Shown piece after piece: positions 48,801 to 60,330 of a stretch of DNA of 64,000 nucleotides. The notes beneath the pieces are model-generated. The model ran no database searches. It was not told where the DNA came from and saw nothing but the letters and a program-made list of their open reading frames with translations. The position numbers were made by a program, and so were the translations under genes. How positions within the stretch are numbered: the first letter of the stretch is position 1; the number at the start of each line of letters is the position of its first letter. The DNA comes from Macrostomum lignano (taxonomy: Eukaryota), in the NCBI GenBank assembly GCA_002269645.1, contig NIVC01003687.1, forward strand, positions 18,781 through 82,780. The letters are read 5' to 3'.

Positions 48801-51800
48801 CCTCGCTGTTTTACATTGCTGGGTACATCAGTGCACAAGGAACTTCCTGCAGAAGAGACCCCAGATTCGCCAGTTTCATTCAATAACGCAAGCAGCGAAT
48901 TCACTCTGTTAACCCGCGGTAAGCCTCGACATCCCCAGGACTGGCTTCTGTTTTTTACATATTTATGTTCCTCGTTTTTATGCTAAACGAAACCGGGTTG
49001 TGTAAATTATTGTGTGCGGTCCTTGTGTGCAAACTTATACAATATACTAAAAGCATTATCCGTACCACTGCGCTACTGCGCTATCAGAGTACAGTACCCA
49101 AAATCTTCATTGAAAGTGACAAACATCATTAAAACGGGTGGAAAGGTCAGCCAATGTGCTTAAAACATTCAGCTGCTCATATTGTCCAAAAATTACCTTA
49201 ACATCTGTATCTGAAGAGGCAGTATAAAAATTTGCTTTTTCCGTGATTCGTGAGTGCCGAGTCTTTCTACTACAGTGGTCCATGGCATCTGGTTGCTTAC
49301 TTCAGTGACACATCTGGTTGCTCACTTCAGTGACACACTGGTTGCTCACTACAGTGACACACTGGTTGCTTACTACAGTGACACATCTGGTTGCTCACTT
49401 CAGTGACACATCTGGTTGCTTACTTCAGTGACACATCTGGTTGCTCACTACAGTGACACACTGGTTGCTCACTACTGTGACACATCTGGTTGCTCACTTC
49501 AGTGACACATCTGGTTGCTCACTACAGTGACACATCTGGTTGCTCACTTCAGTGACACATCTGGTTGCTCACTTCAGTGACATATCTGGTTGCTCACTTC
49601 AGCGACATATCTGGTTGCTCACTACAGTGACACATCTGGTTGCTCACTTCAGTGACACATCTGGTTGCTCACTTCAGTGTTCAGTGACTGATAATTTGTT
49701 TAAATCGAAGGCTTTACTAAAATTCACTACCTACAAGGCTACTATAAGGTTAAACAGCATCAGTGCTACTAACAGTAGGTCATGCGAATATTAGATAAAT
49801 CCCATATGAACCAAAGAAGAGCAAGAACTAGGCATGATAGACCTGATTACTACTTTGAGACATCTCTCATACAAATTAGATTTTCTGTCCAGAGGGCCGA
49901 GGGACAGACGGAGGGACACGGGTGACTTTAAGAAATGATCACGGACTAATTATAATCCAGCAAAGGAATACATACAGTAAATACTGTATATAGCTGACAC
50001 ACAATATACAGACATACTAAGAAAGCTGACTGGCTGTTACCGAGTTCATCACCAGTTCTAGGCGCACAGTACAGACGGGCAATGTACATGAAATAAAAAC
50101 TGTGAGCGAGAGGGTCAGACAGGAGAGGGGAAGAGAAGCCGGGAGCATGGATATGGCAAACTGTGAGCGATGCCCACAGGCCGGGGGGGGGGGTCCGATG
50201 GCCAGTTTCGGGGCTTCCTACACGGGCGCAGGGCGAGCATCTGCTGCTCCGAAGCGCTCCCGATTCGCCAGGATAAGCCTGGCAAACGCGGGAGAGACGG
50301 ATGCCGCATGACAGAGGAGCCTGAGAACACTTCTTTGCAGCTGAACTGCAGCTCCGCCTTCTTTTGCTTCTAGAAGCAGCAGAAATAAGAAGCCAGGAAA
50401 AGCCAGCAACGCAAGCAGGCTTACCTCTAGAACGGAGTCGCAGTCCTTGATCTGCCGGTGCAGACGGGCAATGTTAACAGCCTGGCCCAGGTCTGCAATG
50501 CGAAGGTGCAGCTTAGGGGAATAACTCTCTCTCCTCGTCTTCCTTTTTTCTTCTTTTCCACGGATGCTTGAAGTGGCGGCCAAAAGGTTGCAACAATTTT
50601 CTACTGTCTTCTTTTCTTACTAATACTGGCCAGCGATTCACCCTGCATGCGCAGAAAATCTATTGCCCCCCAGCCTCTCCCCTAGAAGCAGCAAAAAGAA
50701 GCTTTACACGCGAGGAGGAAAATGCAAAGCTAGCTAGAGAGAGAGGGGGGGGGGATAACACGAGTGCGAGCACACCTCCAGATTAGCGATACGATATGGA
50801 ACAGACTCTATCCAAGCATGCATTTGACGTCAAGACGCCTTATAAAATTCAATAACAAGATGAAATTACTTTGAGTAGGGCTTCTCAAAAATCAGCTAAA
50901 AGAAGAGTGTTGACAACCATAACGCACAGAGAGAGAAAGCAGGAGTCACTCATGAGGAAGGGTAATTAGTAAAAGATAGCCTTAGAACTCACCAACTTTT
51001 GCAACTGATTGTATATCCTTTTAGTAGGGCTCTCAGGGCAGGTAGAATTTTACATAAGGGCCAGGAAGGAAAACAGGCAAATGACAAAAATCGAGCAAAG
51101 GTGAGCCTCAAAGCAACCTGCAGTGTCTGCTTGAGAGATGCATTAATAATTCTTTCAGCTGCTTTTCTACAGGCAGTTAAGGCAATCTAATACAGGCACT
51201 TACAGTCTTGGATGCTGAGAGCCTGAGCTGCATCTAGCTGCGACTCGACCTGGCGGGAATAGTCGCGCAAGTCCACGCCCTGCAATGGGATTCGGGATTT
51301 CAGGCAGTGCTCAGAGTCAGATCTCATGGGATTTTAGGCAGTGCTCAGATTCAGATCCCATTGGATTTTAGGCAGTACTCAGATTCAGATCCCATCGGAT
51401 TTTAGGCAGTGCTCAGATTCAGATCCCATTGGATTTCAGGCAGTGCTCAGAGTCAGATCTCATGGGATTTTAGGCAGTGCTCAGATTCAGATCCCATTGG
51501 ATTTTAGGCAGTGCTCAGATTCAGATCCCATCGGATTTTAGGCAGTGCTCAGATTCAGATCCCATTGGATTTTAGGCAGTGCTCAGATTCAGATCCCATC
51601 GGATTTTAGGCAGTGCTCAGATTCAGATCCCATTGGATTTTAGGCAGTGCTCAGATTCAGATCCCATCGGATTTTAGGCAGTGCTCAGGGTCAGATCCCA
51701 TGGAATTTCAGGCAGTGCTCAGATTCAGATCCCATCGGATTTTAGGCAGTGCTCAGGGTCAGATCCCATCGGATTTTAGGCAGTGCTCAGGGTCAGATCC

Positions 51801-52173
51801 CATGGAATTTCAGGCAGTGCTCAGATTCAGATCCCATCGGATTTTAGGCAGTGCTCAGGGTCAGATCCCATCGGATTTTAGGCAGTGCTCAGGGTCAGAT
51901 CCCATGGGATTTCAGGCAGATCTCAGGGTCAGATCCCATAGTATTCCCACAGGATTTCAGGCGCTTTTGGTCAAATTTACTCACGGACTGAAGAGCCTGT
52001 CGAACTTCGTCATCAGCTAGATTTTCTTCAATATGATCTGCAAAATTGAAATTCAGAATGGCCTTGCATTTGATTTACACATACTAAAGCATTTGTATAT
52101 TTACAAGTATATCAAACATTCGATAGCACTGACCAAGAACTCGCTCCGGAAACTGATCAGCGGTCGCCTCCAT
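39807..52173 (-). CDS. VPS52: Vacuolar protein sorting 52 (GARP/EARP subunit), 9 exons, ~706 aa after correcting one 1-nt frameshift
   Basis: Exons 52173-52134, 52037-51985, 51279-51204, 50492-50425, 44366-43939, 42979-42670, 41924-41635, 41246-40539, 39953-39807. Motifs GVDLRDYSRQVE, NIARLHRQI..CD.VLERME, KIYSFRKPMTNYQ, LLDNSCREY, DTRPH.V.RRYAEF, LINNYD, ELINIH.IMVEVKK.KPTF. The frame breaks at ~40892. Confidence 0.95.
40113..40295. repeat. 16-bp minisatellite (AAGCTCGAAACTTCTC)n
   Basis: Last VPS52 intron. Confidence 0.93.
41301..41522 (+). mobile_element. tRNA-derived SINE-like element, copy 1 (VPS52 intron)
   Basis: A-box-like GTAGCCCGGTGG and B-box-like GGCTCGATTC. The body aligns by eye with 61489-61770 (shared AATTGGAATCTCGGCTTGGCTCTGCTC.TGCAATTAA and GATAAA(A)TAAAGTTA). 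Confidence 0.7.
42170..42650. repeat. 20-bp minisatellite (TTGGCAGATAGATGAG[TGAC/CAGA])n
   Basis: VPS52 intron 6. Confidence 0.9.
43125..43925. repeat. 20-bp minisatellite (GATAGATGAGCA[C/T]AGTGGCA)n
   Basis: VPS52 intron 5. Confidence 0.93.
44397..45151. repeat. 25-bp minisatellite (GTTGCTCACTTCAGTGACACATCTG)n, left part
   Basis: About 30 copies, interrupted by the P-like element. Confidence 0.96.
45152..49284 (+). mobile_element. P-element-superfamily (THAP-type) DNA transposon, ~4.13 kb, with degenerate transposase
   Basis: Imperfect ~49-bp TIRs: left CAAGGATCACTGTAGTAGAAGGACTTGGCTCTCATGAATCACG; right (reverse complement) CATGGACCACTGTAGTAGAAAGACTCGGCACTCACGAATCACG. 8-bp TSD ACATCTGG/GCATCTGG (one mismatch). 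THAP-like relic near 46700-46865 (C..DCKSN, W..ALP, CALH). Transposase motifs FDTVHILKDIRKN*, YVLLG|ELQSDRLEDEFG and LFYIAGYI. Confidence 0.88.
46700..48900 (+). pseudogene. Disrupted P-element transposase
   Basis: Recognisable motifs lie in several frames with stops (for example IRKN* where NW is usual). ORF pieces at 47039-47638, 48066-48524 and 48635-48886. Confidence 0.8.
49285..49680. repeat. 25-bp minisatellite, right part
   Basis: The same unit resumes in register after the TSD; about 16 copies. Confidence 0.95.
51290..51945. repeat. 34-bp minisatellite (GGATTTTAGGCAGTGCTCAGATTCAGATCCCATC)n
   Basis: Fills VPS52 intron 2 up to ~10 nt from the acceptor. Confidence 0.95.
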
Positions 52174-52289
52174 GAGGTCAGTCAAGTCAGCGAGTCACTG
52201 GTTAAGGGGTGCAGCTGAAATGCGCAGCATAATGCAGGTTATTCAACAGCTACAATTATTAAACGTTGCGCCTTATCCTCTTAGCGACT

Positions 52290-52690
52290 TATGAAACAAC
52301 TCTCACTCATGGCTTTTAGTTTCTTAGAAATATAACTTAAGCATTATAGTTTCCTAGAAATATCGCTCAAGCTTCCTAGTTCCTTAGAAACTTCACTCAT
52401 GCTTTCTTTTTTCCCAAGAAATCTACTTATGCTTCCTAGTTTCCAAGAAATCTACTTATGCTTCCTAGCTTCTAAGAAATCTCATTTATGCTTCTCAGTT
52501 TCTTAGAAACCTCACTCGTGCTTCTCAGTTTTTAAGAAATCTCACTAATGCTTCCTTATGATTTCTAAGAAATATACTTTTTTGGTTCCTAGTTTCTAAA
52601 AAATCTACTAATGATTTATAGTTTCTTAGAAATATCGATTTTTAGTTTCTCAGAAATCTTGCTCATAGTTCTCAGTTTCTTAGAACTCTT
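52290..52690. repeat. Degenerate ~30-bp AT-rich tandem repeat (…TTTCTTAGAAATCTCACTCATGCTTC…)
   Basis: Upstream of the VPS52 ATG. Confidence 0.7.
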
Positions 52691-53720
52691 AAGGTCAGCC
52701 AGACCAACCGATCAAACAGAGCAACCAGTTTAACCTTGCTTTAGGAGGGATGCAGAATAAAAAAGTTCACTTGCTTTTTAATTATATATTTTACTCTAAC
52801 AGTGGTGCAAAACTGGATTATTATTATTTTAAAGTGCTTAAAACCGTGTGACACACAGACAGAACTGCTTGTTGCTAGGATATAAAATAGTCCAAAAGAG
52901 CGCAGCATAAAGTACGTATATAACTAAATAATAAAGCATTAAGAAGCCGACAATTATAATAACAAGCATAGGCTAAAAAGTTGAATTGCACAATCGCATT
53001 TTTAACAAATTGAAAGTAACGAAAAAATGAAAAAAGAAAACAGAAGTGCTTAAAGATAAAAAGAGAAAAAACTCGAGAGAAGGGGGGGAATAAAAAGTGA
53101 AATTTGCAACAACAAAAATGAAGCGGTTAAACGCCTATCCAACTTGAAAAACACAGCTGACCGAATCAAGGATGAACTGTCACTCACTGTCACTGCCGTT
53201 GCTAGAGTCAATTTTATTGCAAGTCAATCCGAAATTTTATTGTATGAATATTTTATACGTTAATTTATGTTAATATCAACCACTCATGCCCGAGGTAACA
53301 GAGGTAACGAAGATACAAGCAGAGCTCAATTGAAAATAAAGCATTTAACAACAACACTTAAAGCAAAATTTTGCAACACACTAATTGATGGATTTAAACC
53401 AACTGCTTAGACTGAAAACGCAAACTGCTTTATAGCAAATAAAAATGTTGTAAAACCACAGCTTTAAGCAATTTAAAACAGTGCACTACATGACTAGTTG
53501 CGAGTCTGATACCAAGCCAGCTGAATTAGCGGCATAACAGAACAAACTATATCGATTTTTCAAATGAGAAAGCCGAGCTGACTACGAGAGACAGGATTAG
53601 CGAGTGTAACAGACTACACATTGAATAAGTTTACTTGGTAAAGTTCAATAAACAGTAGTGTGTTTCTTAGTCATCATTTAAACACGCTCAGTTAGTCGGA
53701 CACTTGTTTTAAATAAGCCA

Positions 53721-56700
53721 TTAGTTGCCCTCCTTTGGCTGCTCTTCCGGATCTTTTTCTTCTGCAATTTGGCCAGTTTGTAAGAGGGTTTACTGCGGTT
53801 GCTCGATTATTAAGACTCTGTACCACTGCATTTGTTGGGGCTGCGAATACTGGGGAATGTGAATGAATTCCACTCCCCGTGAACTCCGGGGAATGTGAAT
53901 GAATTCCACTCCCCGTGAACTCCTGGGAATGTGAATGAATTCCACTCCCCGTGAACTCCTGGGAATGCGAATGAATTCCACTTCCTGTGAACTCCGGGGA
54001 ATGTGAATGAATTCCACTTCCTGTGAACTCCTGGGAATGCGAATGAATTCCACTTCCTGTGAACTCCGGGGAATGTGAATGAATTCCACTCCCCGTGAAC
54101 TCCTGGGAATGCGAATGAATTCCACTTCCTGTGAACTCCTGGGAATGCGAATGAATTCCACTTCCTGTGAACTCCGGGGAATGTGAATGAATTCCACTCC
54201 CCGTGAACTCCTGGGAATGTGAATGAATTCCACTCCCCGTGAACTCCTGGGAATGTGAATGAATTCCACTTCCTGTGAACACCGGGGAATGTGAATGAAT
54301 TCCACTCCCTGTGAACTCCGGGGAATGTGAATGAATTCCACTCCCCGTGAACTCCTGGGAATGTGAATGAATTCCACTTCCCGTGAACTCCTGGGAATGT
54401 GAATGAATTCCACTTCCCCGTGAACTCCGGGGAATGTGAATGAATTCCACTCCCCGTGAACTCCGGGGAATGTGAATGAATTCCACTCCCCGTGAACTCC
54501 TGGGAATGTGAATGAATTCCACTCCCTGTGAACTCCGGGGAATGTAAATGAATTCCACTCGCCGTGAACTCCAGGGAACGTGAATGAATTCCACTCCCTG
54601 TGAACTCCGGGGAATGTGAATGAATTCCACTCCCCGTGAACTCCGGGGAATGTGAATGAATTCCACTCCCCGTGAACTCCTGGGAATGTGAATGAATTCC
54701 ACTCCCCGTGAACTCCTGGAATGTGAATGAATTCCACTCCCCGTGAACTCCTGGAATGTGAATGAATTCCACTCCCCGTGAACTCCTGGGAATGTGAATG
54801 AATTCCACTCCCCGTGAACTCCACTCCCCCGTGAACTCCAGGGAACGTGAATGAATTCCACTCCCCGTGAACTCCTGGGAACTTGAATGAATTCTACTCC
54901 CCGTGAACTCCTGGGAACGTGAATGAATTCCACTCCCCGTGAACTCCTGGGAATGTGAATGAATTCCACTCCCCGTGAACTCCTGGGAACGTGAATGAAT
55001 TCCACTCCCCGTGAACTCCTGGGAACTTGAATGAATTCCACTCGCCGTGAACTCCAGGGAACGTGAATGAATTCCACTTCCTGTGAACTCCGGGGAATGT
55101 GAATGAATTCCACTCCCCGTGAACTCCTGGGAATGTGAATGAATTCCACTTCCTGTGAACTCCGGGGAATGTGAATGAATTCCACTCCCCGTGAACTCTT
55201 GGGAATGTGAATGAATTCCACTCCCCGTGAACTCCTGGGAATGTGAATGAATTCCACTCCCCGTGAACTCCTGGGAATGTGAATGAATTCCACTTCCTGT
55301 GAACACCGGGGAATGTGAATGAATTCCACTCCCTGTGAACTCCGGGGAATGTGAATGAATTCCACTCCCCGTGAACTCCTGGGAATGTGAATGAATTCCA
55401 CTTCCCGTGAACTCCTGGGAATGTGAATGAATTCCACTTCCCCGTGAACTCCGGGGAATGTGAATGAATTCCACTCCCCGTGAACTCCTGGGAATGTGAA
55501 TGAATTCCACTCCCTGTGAACTCCGGGGAATGTAAATGAATTCCACTCGCCGTGAACTCCAGGGAACGTGAATGAATTCCACTCCCTGTGAACTCCGGGG
55601 AATGTGAATGAATTCCACTCCCCGTGAACTCCGGGGAATGTGAATGAATTCCACTCCCCGTGAACTCCTGGGAATGTGAATGAATTCCACTCCCCGTGAA
55701 CTCCTGGAATGTGAATGAATTCCACTCCCCGTGAACTCCTGGAATGTGAATGAATTCCACTCCCCGTGAACTCCTGGGAATGTGAATGAATTCCACTCCC
55801 CGTGAACTCCACTCCCCCGTGAACTCCAGGGAACGTGAATGAATTCCACTCCCCGTGAACTCCTGGGAACTTGAATGAATTCTACTCCCCGTGAACTCCT
55901 GGGAACGTGAATGAATTCCACTCCCCGTGAACTCCTGGGAATGTGAATGAATTCCACTCCCCGTGAACTCCTGGGAACGTGAATGAATTCCACTCCCCGT
56001 GAACTCCTGGGAACTTGAATGAATTCCACTCCCCGTGAACTCCTGGGAACGTGAATGAATTCCACTCCCCGTGAACTCCTGGGAATGTGAATGAATTCCA
56101 CTCCCCGTGAACTCCTGGGAACGTGAATGAATTCCACTCCCCGTGAACTCCTGGGAATGTGAATGAATTCCACTCCCCGTGAACTTCTGGGAATGTGAAT
56201 GAATTCCACTCGCCGTGAACTCCTGGGAATGTGAATAAATTCCACTCCCCGTGAACTCCGAGGAAACTCACCCTCGCCAGCGGCCTGCATGTCGGAGGTC
56301 CACAGTGTGAGGTTGTCCCGCAGCAGTTGCATAATCAGTGTGCTGTCCTTGTACGACTCCTCGGACAGCGTGTCCAGCTCGGCGATGGCCTCATCAAAAG
56401 CGGTCTTGGCGAGTTTGCAGGCTCTATCAGCCGAGTTGAGAATCTCATAGTAGAACACGGAGAAGTTGAGAGCGAGGCCCAGCCTGATTGGGTGAGTTGG
56501 CTTCAGCTGCGTGTTGGCAATGTCCGTGGCGGCCTTGTAGGCAGTCAGACTGTTCTCGGCCGCCTCCTTGCGCTCGGCTCCCGTGGCGAACTCGGCCAGG
56601 TAGCGCAGGTAATCGCCCTTCATCTTGTAGTAGAATACCCGGGACTCGGCCACTGTGGCGTTGGGAATGAGGTGCGTCTCCAGCACGTCCAGGATGTCGT

Positions 56701-56928
56701 CGCAGATTTTTTTGAGCTCCTTCTCAACCTGCGAGCGGAAGCTGCGGATTAATTCCAGCTTCTCGCTGCCGGATTTGCTCTCCTCCTTCTGCTCGATGCT
56801 GCTCATGATACGCCAGGAGGCCCGTCTGGCTCCGATGACGTTCTTGTACGCCACGGACAGCAGGTTGCGCTCCTCGACAGTCAGCTCCACGTCCATCATG
56901 GCCACCGCCTTCATGGAGTCGACCATCT
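53721..56928 (-). CDS. YWHAE: 14-3-3 epsilon, 5'-partial (first coding exon not found in the window)
   Basis: Exon 56928-56272 (phase-1 acceptor before MVDSMK; [70 protein letters not shown]) and terminal exon 53761-53721 ([13 protein letters not shown]). Confidence 0.95.
53850..56258. repeat. 36-bp minisatellite (GGGAATGTGAATGAATTCCACTCCCCGTGAACTCCT)n
   Basis: About 67 copies; fills the last 14-3-3 intron. Confidence 0.97.
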
Positions 56929-57168
56929 CTGACAGCGGGGTGAGCGGAGCCGGGGGTTAGCAGCTGAACAACAAACAATAGCGATCCATTCTGGATTAGT
57001 CAAACTTGTGTAATTGTGGTGAATTCCTGTGGATGTTTATTTCCTTTGTTTCTCTTTTCACTGCTGCCCCCATGTTTGGCTTGCCTCGCTTGCCTCTTCC
57101 CTTCAGAATAGCGCGATTGGCTGGGCTTTACCTGTCTGCCTAAGCTACTGCCTACCTGACTTTTGTTT

Positions 57169-57652
57169 CTCCCCTTGACACCACTCTTCCATTGCCTACT
57201 TGACTAGCATTGGGTTGCATTAGATACTACTGAGTGTCTATATCTCTATCTCCCCTTGACACCACTCTTCCATTGCCTACTTGACTAGCATTGGGTTGCA
57301 TTAGATACTACTGAGTGTCTATATCTCTATCTCCCCTTGACACCACTCTTCCATTGCCTACTTGCCTAGCATTGGGTTGCATTAGATACTACTGAGTGTC
57401 TATATCTCTATCTCCCCTTGACACCACTCTTCCATTGCCTACTTGACTAGCATTGGGTTGCATTAGATACTACTGAGTGTCTATATCTCTATCTCCCCTT
57501 GACACCACTCTTCCATTGCCTACTTGCCTAGCATTGGGTTGCATTAGATACTACTGAGTGTCTATATCTCTATCTCCCCTTGACACCACTCTTCTGTTGC
57601 CTACTTGACTAGCATTGGGTTGCATTAGATACTACTGAGTGTCTATATCTCT
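57169..57652. repeat. 81-bp tandem repeat, 6 copies
   Basis: Units start at 57169, 57250, 57331 and so on; in the presumed first 14-3-3 intron. Confidence 0.95.
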
Positions 57653-59489
57653 AAAATAAAAAACTGGTTTTTACATCTGCAAAAAGGCATACTAAAAGCA
57701 AAATTTTATGCTTGTTAGAATATAGTTAAATAAACCATAATGACTATAATGATCATGAATATTAAGTTTTCAATAATGGCTAAAGTTAGCTTAATCAAGA
57801 AGTTATAATTCTTCACAAATAATTAACTGAAATTTTCCAATATCTAATGACTAAGTACTAATAAAAATATAAAACGTGTAAAACAAGAAAAACTGTAAAA
57901 TTATTTTATCTTTTTGATTATTATAGCCGCAAAAAATATGTATTTAACTATAAAACATATCTTAAGAAGTATTACAAACCATTTACTTATTATAAATATC
58001 AACAATGATCCACACTGTTACCAATAATTAGATATTATATTATAATCAGCTAATCTGTCCAGTAAAGATAGCAATTCTTTTATAATATAGATCATGATAT
58101 ACACAAAATTAAGATAGAAACTTGGACAATTTAGGCATAATACCTGCTAAGACCTCAAGATTATATGACTATAAGAGTTAAATTAGGATCCCTATCTAAT
58201 TTATAAACAGGTTTTGGATAAGATCAATTTTTTGGTTTCAATAGGATTAGGATCTTAATTTAAAGATAAAGGAAACCTTAGATGTCAAAATAACTAGGGG
58301 CCAAATCTTTAAGATATTGGAATATAGTTTCAAGGATAAAATGGTTTTTAAAATATTTTTTTAGACACTAATAATAATAATATTTGATTACACTTGCCCT
58401 AATGGGCAGATGTGCAACCAACAACTTAGCCGTAGCTATTCTGTGGCATATCTATAGGTTGTATAAATTTTTTAGTCCATGGACTAAGGGGGATTACTAT
58501 ACACACCTACAATTACTCTAACTAATGCTAGTACCCATTCTATAGCTAGGTTGAACTGAAGCAATATAGACTTAAGTGTCTTGTTCAAGGATACAAATTG
58601 TTCTAAATGGTCAAGAACCAAACCCTGACCTTCCAATTGTGAACCACTAGATTAAAACCTTTTTTAAATAGTACTCTAAATATAACTTTTGCTAACATTT
58701 TCAAAGACCTTTTAACACTTTAGGACACTTCAAATATTGGTAAAATTAAAAAATAATTACTCTTTCTAAAAATACTATATAACTTTACTAACATAGCTTA
58801 ACTAATGCTTTTAGTTCATAAAGTGCTTGGAGAACACCAAATATGTTTTGTTGAAAAGGATGTGTTACTAATAATGTAGGCAAAATAGTATTGTTTAAAG
58901 ACTAACCCACTTTCATGCCTATCTGCTTGGCTAGCAAGATTAGTCTGTTTTGATAGCCTTTGCTATTGCATCATTGTTGTGTCAAAGGCTATAGCCCAAA
59001 ATAAAATGTATTGTTGCAATTTTAGCAAATTGTGAAATGTGGGAAAGATTTACTAAAGCTAGGATTCTCAAAGCTTAGCAGATTTTGTGAATAATGTGTA
59101 ATAATGAATAATGTGTATAGGAATAAATGTAATTAAGCAAACTGTATAGGCAGTCTTCCTTCAACATGCAAGTTATTCTTATAAGACTATAAGCACAAGA
59201 CTATTTTGTGCTTAGTATAGTGTAGTTAAAATTTAGCCTATTGAGCTTAGCACTTAGTCCAATAAGTACAAGAAAGAGGTGCAAAAGTTTTACATCATTG
59301 ACTGCTTTGTGTTGAACTACCAACCAATCCAATTGAGTTAAATTTCTCATTGGCTGACAATGAATGAAATGTTGCTGTCTGTGGGGTGCATTCAAATGGA
59401 AGACATACATGCATGAGTATATATAACAGTTTAGGTGAAAAAAATTATTACATTTTTTTGCAAGAATCTTCTAGAAAGGTATAAGAATT

Positions 59490-60330
59490 CTAACTTGAAT
59501 GGCTACTATAAAGAAAGCTAGATCTGCTCTATGGCAGTGCTTCACAGTGTTTAAGGATAAGTTTAAAGCAAAGTGTAATAGTTGTAGTGAGGTACTATCA
59601 AGAGGCACAAACCCGAAAAAGTTAACAAACACAGCAATAAGCAAACATCTTAAAGTCAAGCACCCAGAATTGGCTAAGTGTTTAAGATGGTGCAGCTGCT
59701 GCTTGTGCCCAAAAGCGAGCTGCTAAAGAGGCAGCTTCCTTTTTCCCTGCCAACAAGAGGCAGCGCATGGCAGCAGTATTTTTGCAGCAAACTATCGAAG
59801 GCATGATGGAGTGCACAACAATTTGGGACATCAAAAGCAACAGTGCCATCCAAGTCTTCAACAAGATAGGTAAGAATCAAAGCTTCCTGTTTCTGCTTTT
59901 ATTGATTCTTTTAATTCCTCTCATCTGAATGACCTCATTTAGATATAGCTTATTTAGATAACTTACAAAGCTTCATCACATACAATAATATTTTCTTCCT
60001 ACCAGGCAAAGCCATTGCCACCAATCATCTGCCATTCAGTGCTATTGAGTGACCTGGCCTACGCTTGATCCTAGCTTATGCATATCCTCGCCTACTACTG
60101 CCGCAAGTATATGGTAGAAGTTGTCATGCTGTAAGTTTGGCAAGAAGTTCAATCACTTCTTGAGCAGGTGTTACAGTTGGAGCAACAAGCGACAAGTGGA
60201 CAAGTAAGAATGCCAATTTGCGCTACTTTCACTGACTGTCCACTGGCTGACTGCAGACTTCAGGCAGAAGATGGTGACGATCTGTGTAGCACCAATCACT
60301 GGAAAGGTGCAAAGGATGGTGCCTAGTGGT
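59490..60330 (+). mobile_element. Decayed hAT-superfamily transposase fragment with BED zinc finger
   Basis: SALWQCF...AKCNSCSEVLSRG...AISKHLKVKH (BED finger, 59499-59726); HLPFSAIE*PG near 60025-60060; SLTVHWLTADF near 60230-60262. Multiple stops; no termini identified. Confidence 0.72.

Noticed and set aside
44397-49680. 25-36 bp direct repeats resembling CRISPR arrays (also 36745-38050 and 53850-56258)
   Set aside because: Units are contiguous with no unique spacers, there are no cas genes, and the context is eukaryotic introns.
50493-50583. ORF start MAATSSIRG... as the VPS52 N-terminus
   Set aside because: This is intron sequence; three upstream exons (51279-51204, 52037-51985, 52173-52134) give the conserved N-terminus.
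11600-52173. Functional clustering of trafficking genes (PEX5, WASHC1, VPS52)
   Set aside because: Different pathways, interspersed with unrelated genes; no evidence beyond coincidence.
11814-56271. Long repetitive ORFs (SSDCSL, EDWGGW, KHTTGP, VQSCVSG, LIYLP, EFTGSG and others)
   Set aside because: All coincide with intronic tandem arrays, are open in multiple frames and lack domain features.
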